A stretch of 64,000 nt of DNA from Mantamonas sphyraenae STR306 (taxonomy: Eukaryota > Protista > CRuMs). The notes below the pieces were generated by a model. That model was not told the origin of the DNA and searched no databases. It saw only the letters and a list, made by a program, of their open reading frames with translations. The DNA is taken from positions 14,525-78,524 of the forward strand of contig JAPMXV010000047.1 of assembly GCA_026936335.1 (NCBI GenBank), in the 5' to 3' direction. Of this stretch, positions 1-11,862 are shown one piece after another. The translations under genes were made by a program, and so were the position numbers. How positions within the stretch are numbered: position 1 is the first letter of the stretch; every line of letters begins with the position of its first letter.

Positions 1-2315
1 GGTCAACGAGTCCGAGGATGTGCACATTCCCGCGATCGGCCCCCTTAGCTTTGTGTACCGTCGAGATCTGGATCTTGAAGAGTCCGTTGCCATCCATGGC
101 GTCTGCTGGAGCGTGCATAAAGTCGTTGAAGCGCTGCTGGAGTTCGTGTACCCCCTGCTCATGAACGAGATCATCCCGCTGCAAGTACCGCCACCCTCGC
201 ACAAGAGCCACAGTTCGCAACATCATCGACACCCTGCGGTTCGCACCTCTGATGCTCCTGAAGAACTGCTGGACGTCCTGGCGAGTGTCGAAGCGACCGA
301 CCACGGCTGTGCGGCCAACGCCCTCCGTGTCGGCAACTTCTTCGGGTCCGAGCATCACCTGCAACTCGCGTTCGACGAACCCCTGCGCGGTAGATCGCCA
401 CTCTTCCACATTCGTATGTTCTTCTGAGCCCCCGTGTTTGCTCCACCGACACTGGAGCTCAGTGCAAACTTGGGCGTACTCGTGGCCGCGATTGTCTGCA
501 AGGAAGAATTGGTCGTACACAGCCAGCAACACACACTGCTCCTGGTTGTTGCGTACGATCAATAGGTCATCGTTTTCTGCCGTGGTCGCTCGGGGCAGCT
601 CCTCGCGCGGCCCAAACGTACCTTGCGCAACGACGTCCTTGTCAAACTCGATTGGGGTGCCCAACGTCTCCAGCACTGGTGCCATCTTGGAAAACACGCG
701 ACGTGTGAGTTTCAGCTCCAGGGTGTTCGTTCGCATCCCCTGGTTCGAGGCTTCCTCTTTCAGAGTGGCAAGCGCCGTTGGTGCCGCTCCTAGTGACAGG
801 TTGATGGCCTGGCGCTTGTCGCCAAACACTGCAAGTATGCTGCCCTTCTTTTCCGTCATGCGGCGGGCAAATTCGATCATGGCGGGAGTGCAGTCCTGTG
901 CTTCGTCCACAATGAGCAGAGGGGCCACCATGTGCTTCTGCGGCAAGGAATCTGCGCCTGTGATGTTTGCCACGTACACCGCATCTGGCATTGACACAAT
1001 GCTTGTCATGTTGTTGGCAAACAGCTCGGCTGGCTTCAGCACCAGGCACACGAGCTCGGTCAGCACGCCCCGCTCAAACTCTGCCCCAAGCGCCTTTTTT
1101 TTCCAGTCCAGAGTGAGTGCGCAGATTGCGTTCCGTGTTGATCATGTGGTATACTTCACTCTTGTCGTTGCCAATGTTCATCTGCATGCAAGCCTGGCTG
1201 TAGAACTCAACCAGCGTTCGCAGCACCTTTTGCTCGACGCTCCTGACCAGCGGCGCATACTGCTGACAGCACTGTGTCAACACAGGCTTGGCAAACTTTA
1301 CAATGTTTTGGTAGTGTCTCTGACACATGTCCCGAATTTCCTGGTTGTTGGTGCTTGCCTTGGACGCGTCGGCTCGTTTGACAAATTCGTTCGTAAGCTT
1401 GGTCACGTTTTCGCATAGGTACGAGTCAATGCGCTCATCGTCGATCTTCATGCCCTGTTGCATGTCAGCGCTCGCTCTGCACAGTACCTGCACAAAGTAT
1501 CTCGGAAGAACCGAGCTCGAAGAGCTCGAATCAAACGTCACCGCTCCCTTTGCATGACTGCCCAAATCGCTCATGGCCTTGGAATGGAAAGTGCACACGT
1601 GCACACCATCGTCACTCCGCTTTGCCGCCACCTTGACTCCAGCTCGCTCGAGTGCCTCCTTCAAATCGTTCGCGTTGGCGCGGTTGAACACCAGCACATA
1701 CAGAGCTCGGTCGGTCGTCCACCGATTCTCTCCACCCTCTTCTCTGAGGACTTCCTTCACAATAACCCTGATCACAGTCGACTTGCCCGCACCCGGCACT
1801 GCCTCAATCACAAGCCCCACCGCGTCCTTCTTTCGCGTCGCGGCCACTATCAAATCGACAAGCTCCCTCTGATCCCTGCTCAATGGCCTCTCTGTTGCTC
1901 TGCAAACATCTCCAGCCGATGCGGATGACGAGCAAGGCTGATCCAGGTGCTGCGTCGAGTCTGAAACGGCGCTCGCGTCTACTTCGTCCATGCGCCATGC
2001 CCGTGGGGGTTAGTTATTGTTGTAGAGGTGTTTATGTTTTACCAACCACGTAATTTGGAACCGTGTGTGGACGTTTGGGGGGCACGTACCAAGGTCAATG
2101 CGAGCCTGTTTCTTTGGCTGGGGCAGTGCCGCTGCAACTGTCGAAATCCACTCGTCCTCCTGGTACGACTCCTCAATACTTGCTGAACGTGCACGTTTGC
2201 GCCCTTCTTCGTCGTGGGGCTGTGAACCTGCATCGGGCTGGCTCGTTTCGTCTGCCAGGACAATGTCACCAACACTCTCATCGACAGGGTCGATTTCCGG
2301 GATATCGATGTCCAT
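1..2315 (-). CDS. UvrD/Rep-like SF1 DNA helicase, left copy (3' end outside window; intron 1979-2089; extra T in T8 run at 1095-1102 shifts the frame)
   Basis: Mirror of 47252-49566. Motifs AVPGAGKST, VFNR, TFHS, IVDEAQD, FGDKRQAI. This copy is in frame through ...TVALVRGWRY...STVHKAKG. Confidence 0.85.
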
Positions 2316-2539
2316 GATTGCTTGTTTGCGTCTTGTGAGTGATCGAGCGGATTACTGTGACGTGCAAAGTGCAATCGCGTTGAGTTGCCTCAGACGGGGC
2401 AACCACGAGCTGCAGACCAAGTTGGACCGACAGGGCCACAGTGATGCTCCCACGCCCCTCAGAGCTTCCTCCATGCCCACACAGGTCGACACATCCATCT
2501 GTCAACCAGTAGTCCATGTATGGTCCCTGTTTGTGGTTT

Positions 2540-2847
2540 GTTTCGTGGTCCCGGACTTGGTCCGGACTGGACCTTCATCGAAACCTCCAGTCACACGAAT
2601 TGATGAGGTGAAATGAAAAGCCAAAAAATCAAAATACACCCGATTTTACGATGACCAGTGGGTCCGGACCTGGTCCGGGCCCAGGCTTCATCGCAAAACC
2701 AATCACAATCCACAGTGTGTGTGACCAAAGAGTGTGTTGGTACATGTGCGGAACTGTCCTCCCAGGACTTGGTCCAGGACTCACTGATATCGAAAGCGGT
2801 GAGCGAAACGACACGAACCCGACGATGAGAGTGGTCCCGGGCGAGGT
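2540..2847. repeat. Cluster of dyad motifs (GGTCCGGACC cores, CGATGA...TCATCG half-sites) in the divergent intergenic region
   Basis: 2642-2700 reads gattttacgatgaccagtgggtccggacctggtccgggcccaggcttcatcgcaaaacc. Related units at ~2540-2588, ~2760-2780 and ~2817-2847. Confidence 0.8.
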
Positions 2848-3018
2848 CCAACCAGGCCCACCACCTTGATTGGGTGAAAGGTGTACACCTCCTTGTGAAC
2901 CACACAAGTCGTGGGCGCTGTGGGCTCCGTCGTCGATACGTTGATTACGTTGAGCAAGAGGACAAAGGGGCCAAGCAAGTTGCGCAGAACCCACCAAAGC
3001 CGCCCTTTGTTCTGCTCC

Positions 3019-6000
3019 ATGGAGAACAGTGAGCAACAGGAGGGCAATGTTTGGGGAGCCACACATCGTAGAGATAGACCTGCAGCATCACGTAAACGCA
3101 AGAGGTCCGCCAAGCACCAGCGACGCAAGGGGGGTGGCCGATTTGGCGTCCAGGTGGCTGCGCAGCAAGTGCCCATCCGGCTCGGGGACCAAGAACAAGA
3201 GCAAGAAGAGGAGCCGCAGAGCATTGACCCTGTAACTGACCACGCACCTAAGCGGTCCCGGGTAGAGTCTACCCCATCTGCATCTTCGAGCTCCAGCTCC
3301 AGCTCCAGCTCCGAGACCCCAAACGGCACGGTGGGTTTCCCCTCTTGCAACCTCCATCCCGGCCCAGGTCATGCACTCACACGTACCGAATGCGCGCATG
3401 TGTGGACATCCTGTGCCCGTCGCCACTACTTGCAGCCCAATGGTGACCAACAGGCCCCTGCTTCACCTTCAAAGCACCAGCTGCCTGACAAGCACACATA
3501 CGAGAGCATCACCTTGGAGCTGATCGAAGATATCAACAAGAACGAGCTCACACACCTAGGACCCAATGCTAAGCACCCCAAGAGCAACCTAGTTGCCGCT
3601 TTTCAACAGTATCAAGGCGGCGAGGTAACCCCTGGTCAAGTGAAAGCGCTCGTGTGGGCGGCCGCCTCAGCATCACTGGACCTCCCGCCTCCCGAGCCCC
3701 TGCTTACCTCCTACGAGAAATTGAGGCAATTTGTCAACAGTGCATATGTGTGTACATCAAACATGTCTTCAGCCCAGTGGGATTTGGTGGTCTATGCAAG
3801 TTTCTCGGGGCTGATCCCGCTCACAGTGCTCTGGGAACACACTGGGTGCCACTCCTGGACCTACTATGGAGGTATGAATCGCAATATCATTCGACCTGCA
3901 TTCCACCTCACGGATGTTCGCATTGACAGCACACCGGCTTTGGAAGTTGACGAGCGACGTTTGATGAGCGTGGAGCTGGAGGCAGCCACCCTTGTTCAGG
4001 CCAAGCTGCTCTCGCTGGACAAAGAGAATGAGCAGGAAAGAGAGACACTGGAAGCGCTCGCAGAGAACTGGATGTCGTCCATTGAAGAGCTTTTACACCA
4101 GCGTGGAGGCAACAAAAAGGAGCCGCTGTGGGTTCATGGTTCGAGCTGCAAACTCACCTCTGAGCCAGAGAGTGTCATCAACAAATACTGTCAAACGTTT
4201 CTTGAGAACAACAGTCAGGAGAGGGTCGATATTGTGGAGACACTAATCTGCTTCTGGATGGACCCCAAACACGGTGCCAACGCAACACGGTTTCGCGAGT
4301 TCCCGTCGATGCGCTCGAGTCTGATTGCCACCACCAATCCACAGACCCTCTGCAAGGCGGCTCTGCTTGCCCAGCGGGTGACTGCTGAGCACCAGGAGAA
4401 CCTGACAAAGGCTCGCCAGTTTGCGGATGAAATTCGTTCCCAGGCGAGGAGCGACAGCGCGTCTGAGGACGAATTGGCCATACTCACGTGCTTGGCATTT
4501 GTGGGTGTAGTCCCGCTGTGCAAACTTGGCGCTTGGTACAAAGACGTGGAAGAACACGTCCTCGTGCCCGTTTTCGACAAGCTCGAGTCCATCGAACCCT
4601 TCCACGATTACCCCCTACCGCTCCAAATTCTGTTGGAAACTGAGCTACATCGTGCCCATGAACTTCATGCACACGCTTTTCAGCAAGATCAGGACGCTGC
4701 AGCCGCCAACACGAACGACTGCGAGCGAACAGTGCTGCGCAAGGCCTGGCGGAACTCCTTGGTTGGCTTGCTCGAACGACAGCACGACGCGTGGGAACAC
4801 AATGTCAAAGCCATGAACGGCTACAGTGTCACCTCAGACTATTGTGTACAGTGCCTGATTCGATCGGACCGAGCAGCCCCCCACCACGGCGTGCCGATTG
4901 CCCGAGCTATCACATGTTCATGGGTCCACCACATCGCTCAGAAGAAGCAAGTCGCCAAGTTGGCTGCACATGCCGTGTACCGCTTTGCGGCGACCGCCTG
5001 GATGTCGCCACGTGCCTATCTCAGCAGCAACATGCACAAGACATCGACGGCAACCGAACACACAAGCATCTGTCGCCCACTCCTTTGGATCCACTGCTTC
5101 GACAGCGACGCCGGCCTTCTTCTGTGGGATCCAAAGCCATCGGGTCGCGCTTCAAGCTCCTCTTTGAACAACAGCGAGCACCCTGGCGCCTTTGCGTGGA
5201 TGGCCAAACAACCCTTCTGTCCGGCCACCTGCCCTGTTGCAGCCAATCTCGACGCCGCCCTGATGGCTCAGAACGCCTTTCCCTGCCTCACCTATGACAC
5301 AGCCAAAGAATCTGTCCCTCTCATGGAACCACGACAATGGCGTGCTCGTATGAAGAGGGCCTGGACTGTGCGCAACCACTACGTGTACCCACGCTTCGCA
5401 CTCAAACTTGCCTGGCTCTTGCACTGGCGGCTGCAGAATCTTTCCCCCCATCCGCAGGTCAGTGAGGACTCGTCCGACGAGGAAGACCGCCATGGCTCCG
5501 CTGGCAACACAGAATCCAATGGACCCTTGGATCACCTGCAGCAACTCCGCAAGGACTCCTGGCCCTCCACACGCGTGCAAGGGACAGTGCTCCACGAATG
5601 GGAGATCATCAACCTCCCGCACGTTTTTGCAAACCTCATCGACCACAGCACTCTCAAAGCACTCACAAAGAGCCGCGCGTCAAACAACGCAAACCGTTCG
5701 CGTTCCAAAACTCGCGTGCCCAGAGAAGTCAAGTACTTGTCCGTTTTGGAAGGCAAAGACACCATCGACGCAACCAAGCTGTTTCCGTACGAGGCCACGT
5801 GGTGGGAGCTCGGCTCGGTTCTCTTTGATCGTGAGTACTCTCGCTGCACCGCAGACTACCGTGCCCTCCGTTCCCGCCTGAAAGATCTCCCCTTCCCTTG
5901 GGTCCCTCCTTCCTATTCGGACGACGACGACGATTTGATTGACTGCCGCGAGCGCTGGGACACGGTCACCGACAAACTCCTCCCGTCGATGATCCAGCTT

Positions 6001-6126
6001 TTTCTGCGCAACAAGAGCGCCTCCGTGTCCACAAACACGACGCATCCAACAGAACAGGACTGCTGGCCACAAACAGGCATCCGGCCCATGCCGACAGACC
6101 CCTGGAATGACTATGCCGATATCTAG
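3019..6126 (+). CDS. Hypothetical ~1035-aa protein with basic NLS-like N-terminus and poly-Ser tract
   Basis: Uninterrupted 3.1-kb ORF (first ATG 3019, MENSEQQ), identical translation in both arms. No family recognised. Confidence 0.8.
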   Translation: MENSEQQEGNVWGATHRRDRPAASRKRKRSAKHQRRKGGGRFGVQVAAQQVPIRLGDQEQEQEEEPQSIDPVTDHAPKRSRVESTPSASSSSSSSSSSETPNGTVGFPSCNLHPGPGHALTRTECAHVWTSCARRHYLQPNGDQQAPASPSKHQLPDKHTYESITLELIEDINKNELTHLGPNAKHPKSNLVAAFQQYQGGEVTPGQVKALVWAAASASLDLPPPEPLLTSYEKLRQFVNSAYVCTSNMSSAQWDLVVYASFSGLIPLTVLWEHTGCHSWTYYGGMNRNIIRPAFHLTDVRIDSTPALEVDERRLMSVELEAATLVQAKLLSLDKENEQERETLEALAENWMSSIEELLHQRGGNKKEPLWVHGSSCKLTSEPESVINKYCQTFLENNSQERVDIVETLICFWMDPKHGANATRFREFPSMRSSLIATTNPQTLCKAALLAQRVTAEHQENLTKARQFADEIRSQARSDSASEDELAILTCLAFVGVVPLCKLGAWYKDVEEHVLVPVFDKLESIEPFHDYPLPLQILLETELHRAHELHAHAFQQDQDAAAANTNDCERTVLRKAWRNSLVGLLERQHDAWEHNVKAMNGYSVTSDYCVQCLIRSDRAAPHHGVPIARAITCSWVHHIAQKKQVAKLAAHAVYRFAATAWMSPRAYLSSNMHKTSTATEHTSICRPLLWIHCFDSDAGLLLWDPKPSGRASSSSLNNSEHPGAFAWMAKQPFCPATCPVAANLDAALMAQNAFPCLTYDTAKESVPLMEPRQWRARMKRAWTVRNHYVYPRFALKLAWLLHWRLQNLSPHPQVSEDSSDEEDRHGSAGNTESNGPLDHLQQLRKDSWPSTRVQGTVLHEWEIINLPHVFANLIDHSTLKALTKSRASNNANRSRSKTRVPREVKYLSVLEGKDTIDATKLFPYEATWWELGSVLFDREYSRCTADYRALRSRLKDLPFPWVPPSYSDDDDDLIDCRERWDTVTDKLLPSMIQLFLRNKSASVSTNTTHPTEQDCWPQTGIRPMPTDPWNDYADI

Positions 6127-6131
6127 TAGGG

Positions 6132-6635
6132 ATGATTTTCCGATCCACCGCACCAACCCTGCACCACTGCGCCTCTGGTCATCGGTCGCCAGCAACCCAC
6201 ACCATCCACACACAGTCAAGGTTTTCCATGCTGGCGGGATATAGAGACGTGGATTGCAATCCCTGCACTGCGCCGGCTGGTCCAAAACAACAACGACAAA
6301 TGACGCGGAGAACCCAGTTACCCCCTGACATGCAGACCCTCCTGGTCGAGATTATCAGGTGGCTCCAGCTCGCAGGTGATCTCACCTACATCACACCCTG
6401 CACCTCGCACATGGACATCGAGTCCCTGCCTTCAGCGCGCAACAACAGCACCACAATGGATCTCGAGAACACCTCGTCAGCAGAAACTCTCCACCGCAAC
6501 AGGACAAAGCGACATCCCTCTCCGCTGCAAGATCGCAGCATAGACGACCCATACGATTGCTCGTGGTCCTCTGGAGACCTCCTTCAAGAGGACGAGGGCC
6601 CGCCGCACAGAAAAAGGCGCAGACACGCTCGGTGA
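6132..6635 (+). CDS. Hypothetical protein (167 aa) ending in an NLS-like RKRRR
   Basis: ORF track only; starts 6 nt after the upstream stop codon. Confidence 0.35.
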   Translation: MIFRSTAPTLHHCASGHRSPATHTIHTQSRFSMLAGYRDVDCNPCTAPAGPKQQRQMTRRTQLPPDMQTLLVEIIRWLQLAGDLTYITPCTSHMDIESLPSARNNSTTMDLENTSSAETLHRNRTKRHPSPLQDRSIDDPYDCSWSSGDLLQEDEGPPHRKRRRHAR

Positions 6636-7978
6636 GATGCAGTCCAGAGGAGGAGGCAAGAGACACCCAAACTCGAACGGCCTGGGGTCTGCATGCGGAA
6701 CCCCGCCAAGCACATGGGTTGCACCGCGTGACAGCGTGCCTGATAGTGCAGCCCCTTCTCAGCGAGCTCGTTCTTGCTCAAAGCTACCGATTGTCGAGGG
6801 AGCCGAAGCAGGCACAGAAAGCACATGGACGACGTGGCGTCTACACCATCACAGAATGACCATGGCTGCACGGGACGGGTATATGGACTGCTACGTCCGG
6901 ATTTCGTCGCCCCTGCACGCGAGACGTGCACCAACTGGGAAGTGACCACAAACGCGTGAATGAACAAGTGTATATGTGTGTGTGTGGTTGTGTGGTGTGT
7001 TTCCATGCATCGATGTGTCGGCGCGTCGTTGTAGGTGAGTGTGACGAAAAAAATTTGTGATGAGGTGATGTCCTCCGGCGAGATGGTTGAGTTGCGCTGT
7101 GAGCAAGACGCAGTCTCCTGTATAGGATAAGGGTGTGGATTCATGTACGGTTTGCAAAGAGGGAGGGGTGATTGGCTGCTTTGTGGGAACGGAAAAAGTA
7201 GGAAGATGGTGGAGAGAAGGGAAAGTGCTTGGTAGGCCCGTGGGAGTCGCGTCTATTGCAGTACATGGCTCACCTTGCTGGAAACAGGATGTACTCGAGG
7301 TGTGAACGAGCAGGAGGTATCTGGTGATTGGGGTGGCTTGTGTCGCTAGTCGCTTGTTTCGATCGTTGCACACCAGATGGTTGTTCCCTGTGGGTTCAAT
7401 GTGGGAGGAGGACAAAGTTTTACAGTGTACATTGGTGGAGGAAGGGCCTGGGAGGGGGTGGTGTCTCCACTCATTGTGGGATGTGGGCGTGGTGGACTAT
7501 CATTTTCAGAGTGTCCACGGTGGTGTGGATGAAGTCTCGAGGGGTGCCATCGATGCGTGTGATGTCTCACACGACGGTGCAATTGTGCTCTGGGGTGATG
7601 GTGTGGTGGGATGTGAGGGAGATGCGGTGGCAATGCGAATACCCGGTTTGGACATAATGCACCAATTTCGTACAAACAGTGCCATAGTGCTCATCACAAA
7701 CGGAAAGAGTGTTCCCATCGTCGATCCAGGTCGTTACAGGACTCCCATGTGGATGTAGGGGTTGGAAAGGGTGTAATAGAGTGTCCAGTGAGGGTGAGCA
7801 CACTGGGGGAGGTCAGTGTAGTTGCGGCAGCTCCAGAGAATCTGTGCATTTTTTCGAAGCTGGACACGGAGGGGGGGTCGAAGACGTGTGCACCCACACG
7901 CACAGGTGGCATCAATCGGCCATGGTGGGCTTTTCGTGCGCGTAGTCTCGTCCACACCATCACTGAACCGCGGTCAAG

Positions 7979-9268
7979 ATGACAGCGCGGCAGACAAAAC
8001 GCATGGTAGCCATCGACATGAGCAAACAGGGAGACTGGGAGGCGCAGGCCGAGGCTCTGGTGGAGGGGAGAGAGCAAGCGTACGACCTGGACGTGTCACG
8101 CAACCTGCTGTCTGCACACGACGCACGCGCAGTCGCTCGCTTGCTGCGTCGCTCGACACAGTTGCACACGTTGGAGCTCGGCGAGAACGAACTGGGACGT
8201 GGCGGCGTGATATCCATTGCCAGCGCCCTGTGTGTCAACACCACCCTGCGTGTGTTGCATCTGGAGGCAAACGAGCTGGGTGTGGACGGTGCACGCGCAT
8301 TGGGACGGATGTTGGGAAAGAACAACACGCTGGCATGCCTGTATCTGGGCAACAATGATTTGGGGGACAGCGGTATGGAAAAACTGGGTGTAGGGCTGAT
8401 TGGGAACCGCGGTGTGCAGGTGCTGGGTCTGGAGGACAACGACATCGGATACCGTGGCGTTGTTGTGCTGGCGGCAGTCCTTGTGGAAAACACACGGCTG
8501 CACACAGTGAACCTGGACGGAAACAACATGGGCGACTTTGGCGCCATGCTACTCGGCGACGCACTCGTGCACAACCACACGGTGCAGCGGCTGGACCTGA
8601 GCAACAACGGCGTGGGCGACGACGGACTGGACAGGCTGGGCAAGGCGCTGTCAGGCGGCAACACAGACGTGTGGTACCTGGGCCACAGCCAGGAGCTGTG
8701 CAACGTGGACGGAGTGAGGGAGAACAGGTGGATGGTCAAGACAATGCTGGAAATGGTGGACAGAGGAGACGCAGTGGCGGTGGCCTGGGCGGTCAGCGAG
8801 CTGAACGTGTCGGTGAACGCGTTCTTTGAAGACAGAACCACACCGTTGATGCGCGCGGTGCAGCGAGGCGACGTCAGGATGGCCAACATGCTGCGGAGAC
8901 TAGGGGCAGACGCGGATTTGACCGCAGAGGGGTGGCTGGACGCATATTCGGCGCGGACAATGGCCACTGCCAGAGCGTGGAGACCAGCGTGGCATTGGTT
9001 GTGGAGTGAAGACGTGGACGACGCTGTCGAGACGGTGTTGGTCATGGAGGCAGTGGGAGGAGGAGCAGGAGGAGGAGGAGCAGGGTGGGTGCGCGTGGGT
9101 GAGATGGAGGTGCTGCAGCGCGTGTGCGGTTGGGTCGCACAGTTCGTCGAGGGCTGTGAGAGACGTGCAAAGGGACGTGGGGGGCGGAACAAGACACACA
9201 GGGGTGTGAGGGGGGAGCGGGAGGACCAGGGCAGAGTGGGAGGGAAGCGGCAGCGTGTGGGAGAGTGA
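7979..9268 (+). CDS. RNI/NLRC3-like leucine-rich-repeat protein with one ankyrin repeat and a C-terminal 'WHW' motif
   Basis: About seven 28-aa repeats (LHTLELGENELGRGG, LRVLHLEANELGVDG, LACLYLGNNDLGDSG...), then ankyrin TTPLMRAVQRGDVRMANMLRRLGAD. Confidence 0.92.
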   Translation: MTARQTKRMVAIDMSKQGDWEAQAEALVEGREQAYDLDVSRNLLSAHDARAVARLLRRSTQLHTLELGENELGRGGVISIASALCVNTTLRVLHLEANELGVDGARALGRMLGKNNTLACLYLGNNDLGDSGMEKLGVGLIGNRGVQVLGLEDNDIGYRGVVVLAAVLVENTRLHTVNLDGNNMGDFGAMLLGDALVHNHTVQRLDLSNNGVGDDGLDRLGKALSGGNTDVWYLGHSQELCNVDGVRENRWMVKTMLEMVDRGDAVAVAWAVSELNVSVNAFFEDRTTPLMRAVQRGDVRMANMLRRLGADADLTAEGWLDAYSARTMATARAWRPAWHWLWSEDVDDAVETVLVMEAVGGGAGGGGAGWVRVGEMEVLQRVCGWVAQFVEGCERRAKGRGGRNKTHRGVRGEREDQGRVGGKRQRVGE

Positions 9269-9340
9269 AGGAGGGGAGTTGTGCAGAAGAAACGGTGCGT
9301 GACATGACAAAGGGCGGCCCACTACGGTGAAGATTACAGC

Positions 9341-10138
9341 ATGGAAACAGATTCATTCCCGCTTACCGTCTCCGCGGTTGGAACTTTTGCTTTGTTGCAC
9401 ACAATACAACCGTATCTGTTCAGCCGACAACTGTTTTCCGTGATGAGCCGACTGATGCATGACATTGTGCAAATTCACAAAGATATGAAACAGCTTGGAC
9501 TGCAAATAAGGAACGCCTACGAGTGTGTGGCTGAAACCTCGCTGCTTCTCCACGCGCGGCTCCAGGACCTTCAGATACTGAAATCGAGGACCCTTTCATG
9601 TGAACGGAACGAACAGGCTGGCAGTGGTCCGTTGCGTGTTAGCGCACCGTCCGGAAAGAAAGAGAAGGGTGTCGCTGGGCGGCGTGGAAGAAAGCGCGCT
9701 CGCCAGGTCGCCTCGTTGGACGCTGAAAACGACCACATGTGTGTATCATTGAAACGGCAACGCGTGGAGTTGCATATAACTCCAGGCATGCATGTCATGA
9801 TGTGCTTGATGCTGATTTCTGGTGTAGAGAGACCCTCGTTGTCGGACGAGCTCCGGGTGCTTTGCCCTCTTGGGTTCGCCTGGTCCGTTGATGACAACAA
9901 TGACCCACGCGCTCTGTACTGGAAGCAACTGGAACGAATCCTTCACAAGCACCGGTGTCTCGGAACGGCACAAGACGGAGTCATTTGCATGCGAGCCGAT
10001 ACTTGCTCGGTTGACAACATCCACGACGCATTGTCGCCAAAATGGGTTTGGACAGAGGTGGACGGAGCGAGGCAGGAGCTCTCCTCGTCTATTTGCCTTT
10101 ACATCCAAGCGCTGTTTCTCCAGCTGGGCTATCGGTAA
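9341..10138 (+). CDS. Hypothetical protein (265 aa) with basic NLS-like patch
   Basis: ATG-initiated ORF filling the gap between the LRR and HSF genes; present in both arms. Confidence 0.5.
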   Translation: METDSFPLTVSAVGTFALLHTIQPYLFSRQLFSVMSRLMHDIVQIHKDMKQLGLQIRNAYECVAETSLLLHARLQDLQILKSRTLSCERNEQAGSGPLRVSAPSGKKEKGVAGRRGRKRARQVASLDAENDHMCVSLKRQRVELHITPGMHVMMCLMLISGVERPSLSDELRVLCPLGFAWSVDDNNDPRALYWKQLERILHKHRCLGTAQDGVICMRADTCSVDNIHDALSPKWVWTEVDGARQELSSSICLYIQALFLQLGYR

Positions 10139-10205
10139 GCGGGCGCAGGAATGCATGAGGGAAATGTGCCAATGTGACCCTCCACGTAGATGGCCGTCTG
10201 GGAGC

Positions 10206-11814
10206 CTACCCGGGTTTGAATCTCCCCCACAGAGTAGGCCAAGCAGGTGCAAGCACAATGGAGCCCTCGCTTTGCTTTGTGGGCCACGTATCCGCTGTTG
10301 TGATGTTCAACAGCTCGTGGACAGTGTCTTCAACGTCAACTGGTGTCGGAAGCTCGGTAAAAAAGTCCATGCTGCCACTGCTGGAAGGGCTACTGTGTCT
10401 TGCGCTGCTGCTGTTCGACCGGCTATCGTTGCCATGGCTTGAGGGTGAGCCATTCCTTGCTGCAGTCTTCCAGTCATTGTTTGCTTTCAGATTGTGATGG
10501 TTTGCAACTGACATCTTGTCATCGACGCCGGTTGTCTCGAATTGCACGTTGCTTGGCGTGGCCATTGTTGTTTGGGATGATCGTGTCGAGTAGTTTGGAA
10601 ACAAAGGCAAGTTAGCCAATCCATCGGCGGACATCTGAGACGCCATTTCAAGATTCCTAAGGTCTTCGGCATCAACGTTGTCTTTCGAATTGTGGACAAG
10701 GGTGGTCAACATCCGAACGAGCGACTGCGTCCGCATCAGCTTTTCCTGCATCTTGCTCAGCAAGGCACGCTGCACTTGTAGGTGCACTTGCATGGCCTTT
10801 ACACCACTCTGTAGCATTTGATTCTCTTTGTGCAGGTGCACAATCTGTACTCGTGGTGTTCCTTTCTCGATGCGCGTCGCTGTGGGCGATGTGTTCCAGT
10901 TTGCCGTCTTTGGCCACTCTTGCCCAGCTGTACTGTCTCTCACGACATGCTGCCGCTTTTCATCGGGGTGACCACCGTTTTCGTTTGGTTCCTGGTGCAT
11001 GGTGTGATCTGTGTCGTCGGAGCTGCGCTTTCGCTTCCGGCTCTGCAATGCAGTGCAGGTGTTAGGGATCATACCGCGTGCACAACGTACGGCTAATGAT
11101 CACCGTTGAGTCAAAAGCACGTGAAAATGTCCTCTGCGTCGGGATTCTCTCACCACAGCGCAGCGAAACGAAACCTGCAGCTGACCGTGGAAGAATCTCC
11201 ACCTTTTCTTCTCCGCCTACCTTTGCGCTGCCTGTGTGTCTTTTGATGCTCCCGATACTGCGTACATCTGTTCGAAGAAACTTGGGATGGGAAAAGATAG
11301 CACTGCCCACTTTCCAGAATCCATAGGCGTTGAGTTGTCGCGCGAAACTCAAATACGACGAGTGGCGGAACACGGCACCCAGAACTTCCTCCTCGAGTGC
11401 ACGGGTGTCATGGACGACGATCCGACAGGAATTTTCAGGGCGCGAGTTCTCTGAACATGGGCCACCCTCAAGGACAGCCCGGTTACGAGTCTCTTGGCTT
11501 TGATGTGTGGTCGTGTTGTTACCGACGGATCGTTCCATATCCCCACAAGGCTCCCAGCCCCAAGAGATGATGTGTTGTGTGTCCGGATTCTCCAGCATCG
11601 TGAATGTTTGAATCAGGAACGTGGGCGTGCCTCTGGGGAAATAGAAGATGCGACCATCCGTTGTGATTGCTTTTCTCCCTTCTTTTGCAAGCTCTGCAGC
11701 CTCGGCAGGGGGTTGTTCAAGCAGCTTGGGTGGACATGATCGCCGATTCACCGACATGCCGTCGGTGGGAGGCGCGTGTAGAAGAGAGGAATTTGACTTG
11801 TGGCGGTCGCGCAT
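10206..11814 (-). CDS. Heat-shock-factor (HSF)-type transcription factor, 2 exons (intron 11043-11220), left copy
   Basis: Mirror of 37752-39360. Confidence 0.88.
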
Positions 11815-11862
11815 GATGTTGTCGCATTCCGAGATGGAACCAGTGGCTTGTACAAGCTTGTT

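Noticed and set aside
6950-7950. Short ORFs in the G-rich/GT-rich stretch (and its mirror)
   Set aside because: Low complexity with no recognisable motif; one arm-to-arm indel falls here.
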